Below are positions 1 to 13,764 of a stretch of 64,000 nucleotides of DNA, in pieces; positions within the stretch are counted from its first letter, which is position 1; each line of letters opens with the position of its first letter. The translations under genes and the position numbers were made by a program. The DNA is from Stegostoma tigrinum (taxonomy: Eukaryota), in the NCBI RefSeq assembly GCF_030684315.1, contig NC_081360.1, positions 40,061,424 to 40,125,423 of the forward strand. Reading direction: 5' to 3'. A model generated the notes under the pieces. That model had not been told where the DNA came from. It saw nothing but the letters and a program-made list of their open reading frames with translations, and did not search any database.

Positions 1-985
1 GGGGATGGAGCCAGTAAAGGTGAGTGTAGGTGGGGAGGTAGGGAGGAGATAGGTCAGTCCAGGGAGGACTGACAGGTCAAGGGGGTGGGATGAGGTTAGT
101 AGGTGGGAGTTGGAGGTAGGGCTTGAGGTGGGAGGAGGGGATAGGTGAGAGGAAGGGCAGGTTAGGGAGGCGGGGATGACCTGGGCTGATTTTGGGATGC
201 GGTAGGGAGAGGGGAGACTTTGAAGCTTGTGAAATCCACATTGATACCATTGGGCTGCAGGGTTCCCAAGCGGAATATGAGTTACTGTTCCTGCAACCTT
301 CGGGTGGCATTATTGTCGCATTGCAGGTGGCCCAGGATGGACATGTCATCTGAGGAATGGGAGGGGGAGTTGAAACGGTTCGCGACTGGGAGGTGCAGTC
401 GTTTATTGCGAACCAAGCGTAGGCATTCGGCAAAGCAGTCCCCAAGCCTCCGCTTGGTTTCCCCAATGTAGAGGAAGCCACACCGGGTACAGCGGATACA
501 GTATACTATATTGGTGGATGTGCAGGTGAACCTCTGCTTGATGTGGAAAGTCTTTTTGGGCCTGGGATGGGGGTGAGGGAGGAGGTGTGGAGGCAGTGTA
601 GCACTTCCTGCGGTTGCAGGGAAAAGTGCCGGGTGTGGTGGGGCTGGAGGGGAGTGTGGAGCGGACGAGGGAGTCACGGAGAGTGGTCTCTCCGGAAAGC
701 AGACAAGGGTGGGGAGGGAAAAATGTCTTTGGTGGTGGTGTCGGATTGCAGATGACAGAAGTGTCGGAGGATGATGCATTGGATCTGGAGTTTGGTGGGG
801 TGGTATGTGAGGTCAAGGGGATTCTTTTTGGTTGTTATTGCAGGGACGGGGCGTGAGGGATGAGTTGCGGGAAATGCAGGAGACACAGTCAAGGGCATTC
901 TCGACCACTGCGGGGGGAGAAGATGCGGTCCTTGAAAAATGAGGACATCTGAGATGTACGGGAATGGAACGCCTTATTCCATCTG
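1..985 (-). mobile_element. Penelope-like retroelement, 5'-truncated and frameshifted (RT C-terminus, Cys-rich linker, GIY-YIG endonuclease, 3' region); runs off the left edge
   Basis: Minus-strand peptides LTYHPTKLQIQCIILRHF, PGTFPCNRRKCYT and FTCTSTNIVYCIRCTRCGFLYIGETKRRL (GIY-YIG motif); homologous to 48630-49500 in opposite orientation. Confidence 0.92.
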
Positions 986-3900
986 TCCCACACATTCATT
1001 TTTATACGTGCAGTTATCTTTAGCAGTGCTCTTTGGGGAAAAAAAAGCACACATTGGAATTAAAGGCTAAAAATGCCTAGATGACTTGGGGATATGACTC
1101 ATCATTTTAGCAATGTTAATTGCTTCAAAGAATTTGCTTCCAATCAGCAGTCTGCCTCAAAGAACAAAATGGCAACACTTAACTATGTAGGAGAAACCAA
1201 AGATGAGAAGACAGCTAAGCCATAAGAACAGAAATTTCTTCAAAATTGTTTACAATGCTGTTCATGAGGTCATTTTTGAATTTGGAGAAGATTGTGACAG
1301 TAATTACTGTACTGAAAATTACAAGCTTAGGTATTAGGTCCGTCGTAATTCATCCTTTGGTTGAAGGTGCTAAATTGCAACACAAAATCTTAAGAGGTAA
1401 TTGTAAATAATCGACATTTTAGATAATTTAACAACTTAATTCTTGATTATCTGCTATCGTAAAGGAATTTAATAATGGCTTTATTGCTTTATTTTCAAAA
1501 ATCACGACCGTAGAATAAACAACTTAATTTAAATATTTATTTTAATAAGATTAATCTTCTGCATGATGGATTTAATTCAATAGCACTCAGGTGTGAGCAA
1601 TTTGCTTTCAAAATATCAGATAGAGGTAATCAAAATTCTAAATGTAGGGGCATTTTGTTCTTTCTAATTCACAGAATATACTGAACAAAGAATTGAAATG
1701 TGGTGTTGACAGAACAGCTGGCTTCACATTGGTTCTGGCTGTAGTAATCTTATTTGGATGCTTTGGAGGAACTTGAGCAACCATTTCTCTCATGAGAAAA
1801 CACTTCTTCTTCTGTGAGAAGTTACAAACTAATTTTTTTAGTTATCCTCACTCTAAAGGTGTCGTTTTCAAAGATGTGAGTTCAGGAAAAGATGGGAAAG
1901 CAAAACAATTCGCTTCCTTCTAAAGAACAGTTTCCAGTGCTCATTTTTGATCTTTTTAATATTTCAATAGACTTTTACTCTTGAAAATATGTTGAATTTG
2001 TTTACATAACTGAAAGGGAAAACAATTTTCCAGGTATTAAAAATCTCTTCATCTAAATTTGGACCTGCTTTAGATATTTTATTGACTTCAGTGGTGACAA
2101 TTATTCTGATATTTGGGTTGAGTGCAGTTGATGAAGTGTTTCTTTGACATTTCTCACAGCTTGGGGTAATTTATGAAATGCATGCATAATTATCTTCATC
2201 TTCCAAAAAGTACTGCCAGAGTAGTCAGGAAATACATCTCTTCATCATGCCAAACTCAGTTTTTGCATCTACATTTGTGGATATTTTCACTTTTACAAAC
2301 TCAGGCAGACATCATCTACAATCTTAAGACAGTAGTAATTATGTTTGAAGGCTTTGTCTTTGCTTCAATGCCTGGTGTACTTTAATCATTCCCTTCCATT
2401 ATCACTGTCACTGAAGAGCCCCAATCAGTAGTGACATTGATTGGTGGAAGAAACTTTCCATCATTAATGAGCTTCTTGACCAGCTCTTTTTTACAGTTAG
2501 AGCTATCTCTCTGGCTGGGAACTGTGTGAATTGCAGCTCAGCATCAACTTGAAGGTGCACAGTCTGTTGCATCTATCTCTCTTTGAATATATATTGGTTG
2601 TTGGCTAATGCATTTTAATTTGAAAGTACTGAGGAAGTCTCCAATACCCTAACATTCTATATCTTACATTGTATATGTTGAACATACCAAACTACTAAAA
2701 TAGTTGATATTAACTTTGAATTACTTAAAATTGTGTTTTTCTTGCTGTATCTACATCTGTAATATTAACAATTCATTTACCCAGTGGCTTAGTTGCTGTT
2801 TTGAAGATAACCAATAACATTTAGAATGTTAAATTGTTTTCTCTAGGGTCACTGAAATGATCGTCCCATTCATTCTAAAATCAAATACTGTTTAACGATC
2901 AATGATCTACCTTAAATATAATTTGCTTGCTGTTAATAAGAATGTTGCCAGATCATTCATTAGGATGTTTGTCTCTTACAAATCCAACAACTTCAAAACA
3001 AGAATGTGGCCTTCAGCCAAATCTTGGAAATGTTCAGCTTCAGGGGACAACTGTTCTGTGCCTTTATTTTCACTTTTTCTATTTTGAACTTGCTTTGAGA
3101 ATTTTCGTTTAATTATTGTAGATGCACCAGATTTCAAACTAAAAGGGGACAAGGCTATTTTGTCAATAAATTTGGTTCTGTAACATCTAATGTTTTGGTG
3201 ACACAAGTTTGATTTTTAAATCCAACGTGCCATTTGAAGCATACATGCATATGTCCAAGGTTAGCCATGCAACGTACTGCTTTGGTGAGGACAGTAGCAT
3301 GTGCAAAGTGAAGTCTGTAAAAAGTAGGCAGATCATAATTTAGACTTGTCTCTATCCTCGCTTTTTGGAGATCATTACTCCAGCTTACTCCTTGGCTCTG
3401 AGAGGTACCACAAATAAAAAGGATTCTAGCTTCTCAACACCCAATTGTTGTGTGACCCTGCACAGCACACCATGGAGTTCATTATCTAGCACATTGACTG
3501 CAGCATTCTGCAGCAGTCCTATTTACATGTGCATTTATGACAAACCAGAGGACGGCTACAGGATAACAAAAATTTTCCTTGGACAATACCACTCATGGCT
3601 CTGGTGCATCAGAGCGACCTGAAGTGAGATAGAATTAAACATTTGTGGTGCTTAAACAATAACTCTGTTGCCTGGACTGGTGTGGGGAAACACTGCAATA
3701 CTTAGTAGAATGTATATCTAGATTCATTGCAGACTACTGCATTCTGCATAACTTCATTACTATGAGAGAACTGTTCTTGCCTCTGAATACAAGGAAGCTA
3801 GCTAAGGAGGATCATAGGAAGAGAAAAATTTGTTGAAGGAACAAGAAGAGAGGAAGTCTGGAGGCATCCAACAAAACATCTTTCTGTGCAATATGTTTTA

Positions 3901-4127
3901 TCCAGGCATAATATTGTATTCAACAGTGGTTTCATGCCTTTCCTTCTCTCTGTCGTTGACCACCATAAATTTCACTTGGTTACAATGCAAAAATAGATAT
4001 CAACTTAATGCATTCCAAACTAAATTTTGACGTCAAACCATGTCAAATTGCAAACAAAAGTCGACTGATCGCTCACACAAAGCACATATTGATTCACTGT
4101 TCAGTCACACTGCACTTCCCTCTAAAT

Positions 4128-4335
4128 GTAGAACATAGAACATTACAGCACAGTACAGGCCCTTCAGCCCTCGATGTTGTGCCGACCTGTCATACCGATC
4201 TCAAGCCCATCTAACCTACACTATTCCATGTACGTCCATATGCTTATCCAATGACGACTTAAATGTACCTAAAGTTGGCGAATCTACTACCGTTGCAGGC
4301 AAAGCGTTCCATTCCCTTACTACTCTCTGAGTAAA
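4128..4335 (-). mobile_element. CR1 LINE 3'-end fragment
   Basis: (AGAACAT)n tail and sequence matching the CR1 3' end at 21241-21490. Confidence 0.8.
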
Positions 4336-5171
4336 TACTAGCATTGGCAGCTATGATGGCAGCAGTCTGTTCCAGGGTGGCAGCAAGCTCAGCTCACAAG
4401 AGAGCAGTATGAGTTTTCATGCCATATTATTGAGCTTTTGTGGCTTCCATTTGAACTTCCATTGCTGCAGTTAGAGATTGAAGGGCTTCTGTTTGTGCTG
4501 CAATGGAAGCTGAAACATCAGCCCTCAGGCAGGTACCATGGTTTGGTCTGTAAGTGTTCTCATGGAGGTGGCCACCATTTCCTCTATGGAAACCATGTTC
4601 TCCAAGGTAAGATTCTTTACCTTGACCTTATTTTTCTGCACAAATATTTCATTGTGATATCAAATAGTCTTCATCTATAGGCCAAGAAAGACCTCATCTG
4701 AACCACAGGGAGTCATGATTCATGTTTAATGTCACTCTCCAGCAAGTTGATACATGGTTTCCTGGCCTGGCTGCCAGATTGGCATTTCACCACAGCCAGA
4801 TTACATGTCTAAACGATCTTCTAAAACACACAAGGTGTCAGTCTCTGAACTAGCTATTTGAGAGTGTGAGTGCAAGTGACAGTATTTCTTATTCCTCACT
4901 GTTATTCTGCTCCTTCAATCTTTCACTTACAATACTGCCTAGCCAGCTCTTGTACATTCGTAACAGCAAAGAGCCCCATGGAGGAAACTGCTTACAACAT
5001 TTGTGACATGTTAACTAGAAGAGATCATGGGATAAGGGAGAAGTGGGATGTGAAAAGGAGGATTAGTTATCAACATACTGACAACTTCAATGTTTTCACC
5101 CCTGTCACTGGCCAATCTACAGCACACTTCAAACTGACACCATCCTGTAGTCCTTTAAATGAGTGATGTTC

Positions 5172-5613
5172 GATATTTTTAATCAACATGTCCCGGAATG
5201 TTACTGCACAGCTCTGGAGCAGGTTGGCCTTGAACTCAGGCCCGCCTAGCTCAGAGGCAGGGACACTACTGCTACACACAACAATAGCCCTCAAAATTGA
5301 GTATTTTTTTAAACTTTGTTCAATCACTTGCCAATCATTGTGAGATGATAAGTACTGGTGAACCATGACTTGAAGATTTGTTTTAGTCTAACAGTTCAGA
5401 TGCAACTGATGAGCAGGTGAGACTTGAAGTCAGGCTTCCTGAGTCAGAGGTAGGTGCACTGCTGTTGAAACACAAAATCCCTCGTAAACGAGTGGTTTTA
5501 CTTTTATTTACTCTATTTTTCTCATCAACCTTTTGTTTTACTCAACTCTGGAGCAGGTGGGATTTGAACCCAGTCTAAGGAAAGGGACACAACCAGTAGG
5601 CCATAACAGCCCT
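5172..5613 (-). repeat. Three diverged, co-oriented tRNA-like short SINE heads
   Basis: Motif GAGCAGGT-N-TTGAA...GGGACAC...CCCT recurs at about 5210-5291, 5402-5482 and 5541-5613; reverse complement has a B-box-like GTTCAA. Confidence 0.6.
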
Positions 5614-5852
5614 GTTAAATGAGCAGTGTTTGTATAGTGGCTGTATATGAAACATTTACAGCAGGTTAATTCTGAGGCATAATCCTCCCTCCTGCTTTTG
5701 ATGCCCTTTATTTTTGATGTCATATATATCACACAATATTTGAAACCTCATACAGCTGGATGATGGGAAAGGCATAGATGCAGAATAGATTTGCAGAACT
5801 GAACTGTATACCCAGTGTTTAACATTTTAATTTTCTGTTATAAAATGTTTTA

Positions 5853-6197
5853 TAGATAGATTTCATTGAATCCCTACATGGTGGAAACAGGCCATTCAGC
5901 CCAACAAGTCTGCACCAACTGTCTGAACAGCATCCCATCCAGACTCACCCTGCATTTCCCATAGCTAATTCACCTAACCCAAATGTCCCTTGACATTGTG
6001 GGCAATTTACCATGGCTAATCCCTCTAACCTGCACATCTTTGGACTGTGGGAGGAAACCAGATACCTGGATGAAACCAATGCAGACACGGGGAGAACAAG
6101 CAAACTCCACACAGACAGTTGCCCAAGGCTGCAATTGAACCTGGGTCCCTGGCTCTGTGAGACAGCAGTGCTAACCACTGAGCCACTGTGCTGCCCC
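5853..6197 (-). mobile_element. tRNA-derived SINE (HE1/V-SINE type)
   Basis: Reverse complement starts GGCAGCACAGTGGCTCAGTGGTTAGCACTGC (A box), GGTTCAATT (B box), V-domain-like GTTTCCTCCCACAGTCCAAAGATGTG, CR1-like tail. Confidence 0.88.
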
Positions 6198-7426
6198 AAT
6201 GTTGTTTCAGTTGATATGGTCTAATGGAGGATGAACCAGTTCAGCATAAAATATTACAGGACCTTGATTTTATTGTTTTCACTAACGTTAAGTATTGCAG
6301 GAAGCTGGCTTTCCCTGCATCTAATTGTTCTGTATTTTCTTTTATAACATTGTTGTAAGTTCAAAATGGGTTGTGACATGTATTATTTGTTCAGTGCATT
6401 TAATTGCTTATTGGAAAGAATGTAGTGTGTTAGATCACATGGTTTACATTCTTCAGCTATCTCAGTACCATGTCAATCATTTGCAGGCATCTTCAAGACA
6501 AAAGTCAGAAAATTCCTGATACAAGATGATGTGCTGTTGGATTTTACTGTTCTGCTTCACTCTTGCAACATGAACACAGACTGGGTTCTTACTGAGACTT
6601 ATTATCTGAAGAGTTATATACAGAATAACTAAGTACATGACACATCTGTCATCGATATTAGCATAGTCTAGGTGCAGGGTGGTTGACTAACTGTCTTTCC
6701 TGATGCATTACACACAGTACAGAAGTCATGGCTGTAGCAGTTATTCAAGATAGAGTTGATACCTTTGCATAACTTTTTCATATGACATTGTAAAGACCAT
6801 GACTTTTTGTTTTATGTTTCTTTCGTAAACAATGCACAAAAATGAAGAAAGAGCTATTTTCAAACCAGTGTTTGAAAGGGTAGCTCTATGTTTTGAAAGT
6901 ATATAATGTGTCAGCAATGACAGACATCCCGTAAACAACAGAATGAAAAATTAGTAATTGAAGTTTGAGTTGAAAATGATTTGTACCCACTGGATGTGCT
7001 GAAGCAGCTTTCGTTAGGAGCAACAAGTCTACAGACACGTGACCAGTTATTGATGACTGAGACATTTTGCCTACAAGAACAATGTAATTTGTTGTCAGAT
7101 AACTGTGCAGTTGGAGCCAGGAACAAGCTACAGAGAGGGAAAAGCATTCAGTTCTTTAAACCTTTGGAGTGAACTTTCTGTTTTCTGCAGTCAAAACACA
7201 TTGTAAACCTGAAAAAACCCAGTTTATGTTTTTTTTTCCTGCAACAGCTCCTATAAGCTGTGAGTTTTAAGTGATAATTCAGAAAGTCTTTATAAGTGAA
7301 CTGACTAACCTTGTATCTCTTATCAAACAGTGGAAGCAGGAGGAGAAAGACAACTTAAGCAATGTTCTGCCAGCAGAGGACCCATAAGAACTATTTCAAC
7401 AACAGAACCTGGAAACAAAGACGACT

Positions 7427-7522
7427 AAGATAATAAAGTGTGAGGCTGGATGAACACAGCAGGCCAAGCAGCATCTCAGGAGCACAAAAGCTGACGTTTC
7501 GGGCCTAGACCCTTCATCAGAC
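7427..7522 (-). mobile_element. Penelope terminal-repeat (pLTR) fragment with minimal hammerhead ribozyme motif
   Basis: Minus strand of 7490-7521 reads TCTGATGAAGGGTCTAGGCCCGAAACGTCAGC; same sequence as the 3' end of the PLE at 49520-49610. Confidence 0.8.
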
Positions 7523-8549
7523 AGACTACTAAACTGTTTTTCCCACTGATCTCCCTCTGCTTGCAACATTGTTTGCTGCCGGACTGTGGATACAAGTGGG
7601 AGTTCATTAGGGGATTTGAGTTTTAAATTAGCTGTAGTCTAATTGGTAAATGATTTATAACTGTTTACCTGTAGTTAGAATTGAATTACTTGTTAAAAAA
7701 AAGTGAATTCTTTTTCTGTGCAGAAGCATATATGGTGCTTATCAACCCTTCTATTAACATTTTAAAACCGTTAATGTTTGCGACAACTCCAGGAATAGCA
7801 GGGCTTACTTCCAGCTCGTTAGCCTGAAGCTATCATTTGACTCTGTTACATTGTCATAGATAAATACAACATCACAACTCATTAAAAGGAGGCAGTGACC
7901 GCTGGTATTATAGCCAGAACTCCAAAGACTCAGGTGATGTTTTAGGGACGTGGATTCGAGTCCTGGCAGATGGTGGAAATGCATTATTCTTGAATTATAT
8001 ATGTTGACTTACTGTTCCTCTTTGTACTCATTATCTCTCTACACCTTTACATAGTTAACTATTCGATTTCCTTTGTGTTGGCTTCCAAGTCCCACAAAAG
8101 ATTCAAACAGATTATTCAGACTGATGATTCTACACAATACTGAGTGAATGCTGCGATCTCATAGTTTCCTTAAACTCCAAATGAAATTGCTTCCCTTTTA
8201 ATCTCTCACAGCCTTTGGCTGCACCCTGGCAGCGGATTACAGAAATTCAGACACACATTTTGCATAATTTTCACATCATTTAATTGTTTGGAAAATTACA
8301 GCATTCTGTGAGCACTCAGATTTCCTAAATAGCTGCTCCCATTGGATGAATTTCCTTACCAAGGATCTGAAATCTAAAACTTATCATGTGTGTTCATCCC
8401 AACATTATTTCTGTCCTAACCTTTAAATTTAAAAAAAAACTTTCTTCACAATGGTTTTGTTTATGTGCATTATTGCATTCCCACATTCATATATTAACAG
8501 ATTTTTTCAATGTAAGTACTCAGATATATTTCATTCCATTGTTAGTAGT

Positions 8550-10265
8550 GATTTTTAAAATATTATTCATGGAACATGGGCATTTGGCTGGTATTTATTG
8601 CTTATTTCTAGATGATCTTGAGAAGGTAGGGTTGAGCTTCCTTCTTGAACCGCTGTAGTACATGTGCTGTGGGTAGACCCCAATGTTGTTATGGAGGGAG
8701 GTCCAAGAGTTTTACTCACCGGCACTGAGGGATTATATACTTCAAATCAGGATGGTGAGTGACTTAGAGGAGAACATGCAGTTTGTGTATCTGCTGCCGT
8801 TGTCTAGATGGAAGCTGTTGTCAGATTGGAAGTGGCTGTCGAGGGAGGCTTTGTCAATTTCTGTAGTACATCTTGTGGATAGCACACATTGCTGCAACTG
8901 AGCTTCAGTGGTAAGAACATGAATATTTTTGGATGTGGCGTTAAGCAGGTGGGCTGCTTTGTGCAGGGTGATGTCAAGCTTTTTGAGTGTTGTTGGAGCT
9001 GCATCCATCCAAGCAAGAAAGGAGTATTTCAATATACTTCTAACCTGTGCCTTCAGATTGAGAACAGGCTTTGGGAATTCAAGTAGTAAATTACTTTCTA
9101 TAGTATATTGAGCATCCAACCTGCTACACTATTTATATATCTAATGTAGTTTAATTTCAGCTCACCCCAAAGATTTGATTATGCGGGTTTCAGTGATGTT
9201 AACATCACTGAATGTCAAGGGATGACGGTTTCTGCTGTTAGAGATTATCATTAATAGGCCTTTATGTGATGCAAATGTTACTTGCCTCTTTTCAGTGCAA
9301 ACCTGGATATTGTTCAGATCTTGCTGCGTTTGGACGTGGACTGCTTCAGTATCTGAGGAGCTGTGAACGGTGCTGAATATTGTGCAATAATCAGCAAACA
9401 TCCCCACCTCTGACCTTATGATGGAGGGAAAGTCATTGCTAAAGTAGTTGAAGATGTTTGGGCATAGGATACTATCAGGAGAAACTTCTGCAGAAATGTC
9501 CTGGAGCTGAGATGATTGACCTTCAAAAACATCTTCCTTTGTGCTAAGCATGACTCCAACCAATGCAGAGTAACCCCAATTTCCATTGACTGTAGTTTTT
9601 CAAGGGTTCCTTGATGTCACAGTCAAATGCAGCATTGCTATCAAAGGCCGTCACTCTCGCTTCATCCCTGTAATGTAACCCTTCTGTGCATGTTTGAACC
9701 ATGACTGTATCGAGGTCTCAACTGAGTGGCCTTGGCAGAACCCAAATTGGGTGGCAGTGAGCAGATTATTGTTAAGCAAGTGCTGCTTGAATACACTGCT
9801 AAAGGTACTTTCTGTAATTTATTGAGGATTGAGTATAAACTGATGAGCGGGAATTGTCCAGCTTGAATTTGTCCTTGATTTTGTGTACAGGGCATATATG
9901 GGCCATTTTCCACATTGTCAGATAAATGCCAGTGTCATAGCTGTGTCATGGCGTGGCTAGAGATGCGGCAAATTCTCGAGCATGTGTCTTCAGTACTATT
10001 CTTGAAATCTTGTTCGGCAACACCGTTTTCACAGCGTCTAGTGCCTCCTGCAATTTCTTTATCATGTGTAGCAAATCAACTTGACTGAATTCTGGTATCT
10101 ATGATGCTGAGGACCACCGGAGGAAGTCAAGATGAATCATCCACTTGGCATGTCTCCCAAAGATTGTTATGAGTGTTTCAGCCTTATCCTTTGCACTGAT
10201 GTGCTGGATGTCTACATTATTAAGGATGGAATATTTGTGAAGTATTTATTCTCCAGTGAGTTGTT
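8550..10265 (-). mobile_element. Old decayed non-LTR retrotransposon (CR1/L2-group LINE), RT and 3' end
   Basis: Peptides SIIRSEVGMFADYCTIF and QVRSILKYSFLAWMDAAPTTLKKLD; related copies at 11670-13760 and 50025-50725. Confidence 0.8.
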
Positions 10266-10289
10266 TAATTTGATGGCAGAAAAAAACTT

Positions 10290-11640
10290 AAAATGCAGAC
10301 AGTGGGAATCATTCAAGAGAAAACATAAAAGAGGGGATTATTATTAGAGCCGTAGACAGCAGAAATCAGCCAGAGAAATATTATTGAAGTGGGCATTGTT
10401 ATTAAAGCCTCAGGCAATTGAGTTCATTCAGTAAAGATATTAAGGAAATAGGGATCATTAGTTTGGGTCCCAAATAGTGGGATTCATCCAGAGAAGCTGG
10501 GAAAATGTCAGGAATCCTTCATTCTGACCACAAAAATTTGGGAAATTTCCAGTAGCAATAAAGTACTGCAGCACGAATACAGATTAGTGAAAAAATGTAA
10601 TGTGGTAATTTAATGACACATTTCATACGAGACAGAATTGTTCTTGAAATTGCTGATGAGCTTTTGTCAGATTTTTTATTGTACAAAGAAGATTTAACTC
10701 CAGAGAGACCAGTATAGGATGGTGAATAAAGCTGAAACAGCAGAAAATATTCCGAAGTGGAAATGGTTAACTTTATCATGGATGAACAGAATCCAATCAG
10801 TTCTAAAAGGACAAAATTACTAGAAAGACATGGGAGGTCCCAATACAGCAAGTAGGGCGGATACCAAACAGTGACTAACAGTCACTATTGGGGCCATCGA
10901 GCGAAAAAAGTTTGTAGATTAAGATGATACCCACTTATTAAAAGTGAATGTTTTATTTGTCCCATAACAGGTCACTTTCAGAAAATATGAAAAGTAGGAT
11001 ACAGTCTCAGAAAAAATTGATCTAAAATAGCTATCCACACGAAAAGGAATATGAGGTAGAATAGTTGATAACAGAAGAAAAGCTTAAAGTGTTCTTTGGG
11101 AAGATAGGTGAACCAGATCTAGTCTGGTCCAGGATATTTGCGTCAATAGTCTTCTTACTAACTTCAGGCTTGATACTTGGAAGTGTCCCTACATTATGAA
11201 GTAGTGAAACATGATTGAAAATACACTATCTACAGCCAATAATTATGCACTGAAGAATAAAGCTGTGCTGTAAGCAATTGTCCCACACATCAGATAGTGA
11301 AGAATCTATAGGACTTCACAATCAAGAATTCTCATTCTTGATTCAGTTTTGTTCAAATAGCAGAAGGAGTCAAACTAATTAAAGGCAGGAAACAGCAGAT
11401 TCAAGAACTTCCAGTTATGAACAGTCAAAGGTAGGAACCTTCAAAGTACTACTTAGAGTTATGGTAGAAGCCAATCAGGAGACAGAATTCAGTGAGATTA
11501 GTAATGTTGGTATAAGAAATTTATTTTTCCTGGAAGCAATTTGGAAAACTGAGGCCATTCTGCCAATCCAGTAATGTCTTCCAGCAAGCAATCCAATAAG
11601 TTTTGCAAGTAATCACTTGTAATAGTAGCCCTTGGTCAGT
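10290..11640 (+). mobile_element. Highly decayed gypsy-type LTR retrotransposon remnant (gag, zinc knuckle, protease trace)
   Basis: Plus-strand FIRDRIVLEIADELLS near 10620, ECFICPITGHF near 10945, FRLDT near 11163; right boundary uncertain. Confidence 0.6.
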
Positions 11641-11669
11641 ATAATCTATTGTTTAAAACAAAAAATTTG

Positions 11670-13760
11670 CATGTAATGTGGGTGACTCAGTTTATCCCTA
11701 ATTGTCCCGGAGAAGGTTCTGATAAGTTGCCTTTTTTTGAACATAGTGACAGGCACAGTGGCTCGGTGGTTAGCACTGCTACCTCACAATGCCAGGGACC
11801 TGGCTTCAATTCCACTCTCGGGCGAAAGTCTAGGTGGAGATTGCACGTTCTTCCCAGGTCTGCATGGGTTTCCTCCGGGTGCTCCAGTTTCCTCCCACAG
11901 TCCAAAGATGTGCAGGTTAGGGTGGATTGGCCATGCTAGATTGCCAGTAGCGTTCAGGGATGTGTAGATTAGGTGGGTTATAGGGGTATATGTGAGGGTG
12001 GGGTGCTCTGAGGGTCAGTGTGGACACGTTGGGCCGAAGGCCCTGTTTCCATACTCTAGGGGATTCTATGATTCCATCAGACTATTGTTGAGGAAGGCAG
12101 TTCCAGAATGTTTACCCAGTGTCAGTGAGGGAACAGTGATATATTTATATGTCAGATTGATGTGTGCCTTAGAGAGAGCTTCCAGGTATTGGTTTTCCAT
12201 GCAATTGCTGTCATTGTCCTTCTAGGAGGTAGAGGTGGCAGGTTTGCAATCTGCCGCTTAACGAGTTTTTATGCGCTGCTGTAGAGCATATTCTAGGTAG
12301 TCCGCACTGGCAGCAGTGAAGAGAGTGAATGTTGAAGGTGGCAGATGGAATGCTAATCAATGCAAGCTGCAAGACTGTGTCAAGTTTCTTGGGTGTTGTT
12401 GAAGTGGCACATATCCAGGCAAGTGAAGTGTGTTCCAACACACTCCTGATTTGTGTCTTGTAGATGAAGGACAGGCAATGGTTGGACAGGAGGTGAGTTA
12501 CCCATTACAGAATTCCTAGCTTTGATCTGAGCTTGTAGCAACAGTATTTAACTGGCTTGTCTAGTTCAGTTTCTGGTCAATGGTAATGTCAAATACTTCA
12601 ACAGTGGGGATTTTAGTGACTGTGTTACCTTTATATATCAAGGGGGAAATAATTAGATTTTCTCATTATAGATGGTTATTTCCTGGCACTTGTGGGTAAT
12701 GGATTTTAGCTGCCATTGATCAGCCATGCCTGAATATTGTCAAGGTCTTTCTGCATAAGTGCACAAAATGCTTCAGTGTCTGAGAAATCACAAACAGTGC
12801 TGAACATTGTGCAATTATCAGTGAATATTTCCATTTCTGACCTTATCATGAATGGAAGATCATCGATGTAGCAATTGAAGATTCTTGAGCCGACGACACT
12901 GCCTTCAGGAATCCTACAGAGATGTCCCTAAACTGAGAAGGTTGACTTTTAACACTACAACCATCTTCCTTCAAGACAGCTATGATTCCAACCAGTGAAG
13001 ATTTCATCCTTGTTTCCCAATGACTTCAGCCTTTTTAGAGCTTTTTGATGCCACTTGTGCTCAAATACCATCTTGATGTCAAGGGTCATCACTCTAACCT
13101 TGCTGTAGCTCTGGAATTTGGCTTTTTTGTTCATGCTTTGACAAAAGGTGTAATGAGGTCAGGATTTGAGTAGCTTTCATCGAACCTAAATTGAGCGTCG
13201 GTGAGCAGGTTATTCCATTGCAAGTGTGGTTTTTTAACATTATTGATGACTTCCTTCACTTTGCTGGCATTTGTAAGTAGACCCCTATGGTAGTGATTGG
13301 CTGGATAGTATTTGTACTGTTTTTTGTGACAGATCTGTGAAACTTTACACTTAGTTGGGTAGATGCTAGTGTTGTAGTGCTGATTATGGTGCTTCCATCA
13401 AATTTTTGGAAATATTGTCAGGGCGCATTGCCTTTTGCAGTATTCAGCATCTTGAAACATTTCTGGTATAATGTCGAGTAAACAAATTGGATGAAGAACA
13501 TGATGCTGGAGACCTCTGGTGGGGGTGAAGAGTGATCATCCAATTGGCAGGACTACCGAGCTTACATCAAGTGTGGGATTGCTTATGCTGCTTGGCAAGC
13601 AGGTGGTCCTGTTTTATAACTTCACCAAGTTAACACTTTATTTTTAGGTGTGCCTAGTCCTGCTATTGGCATGAACTCCTGTACTTTTCATTGAACCAGG
13701 CTGATCCTGCAGCTTAATGGTAATGCTAGAATGGGGCATGTGCTAGGCCATGAAGATGCA
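11670..13760 (-). mobile_element. Old decayed LINE, same family as 8550-10265, interrupted by a SINE
   Basis: Peptide LEHTSLAWICATSTTPKKLDTV; colinear nucleotide similarity to 8550-10265. Confidence 0.75.
11751..12076 (+). mobile_element. tRNA-derived SINE (HE1/V-SINE type)
   Basis: GGCACAGTGGCTCGGTGGTTAGCACTGC head; GGTTTCCTCCGGGTGCTCCAGTTTCCTCCCACAGTCCAAAGATGTG core; GATTCTATGATTC tail. Confidence 0.9.
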
Positions 13761-13764
13761 TTCC

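Noticed and set aside
6900-7850. Possible further solo LTRs here and at about 37520-38800
   Set aside because: LTR-like composition only; no termini or TSD could be fixed by eye
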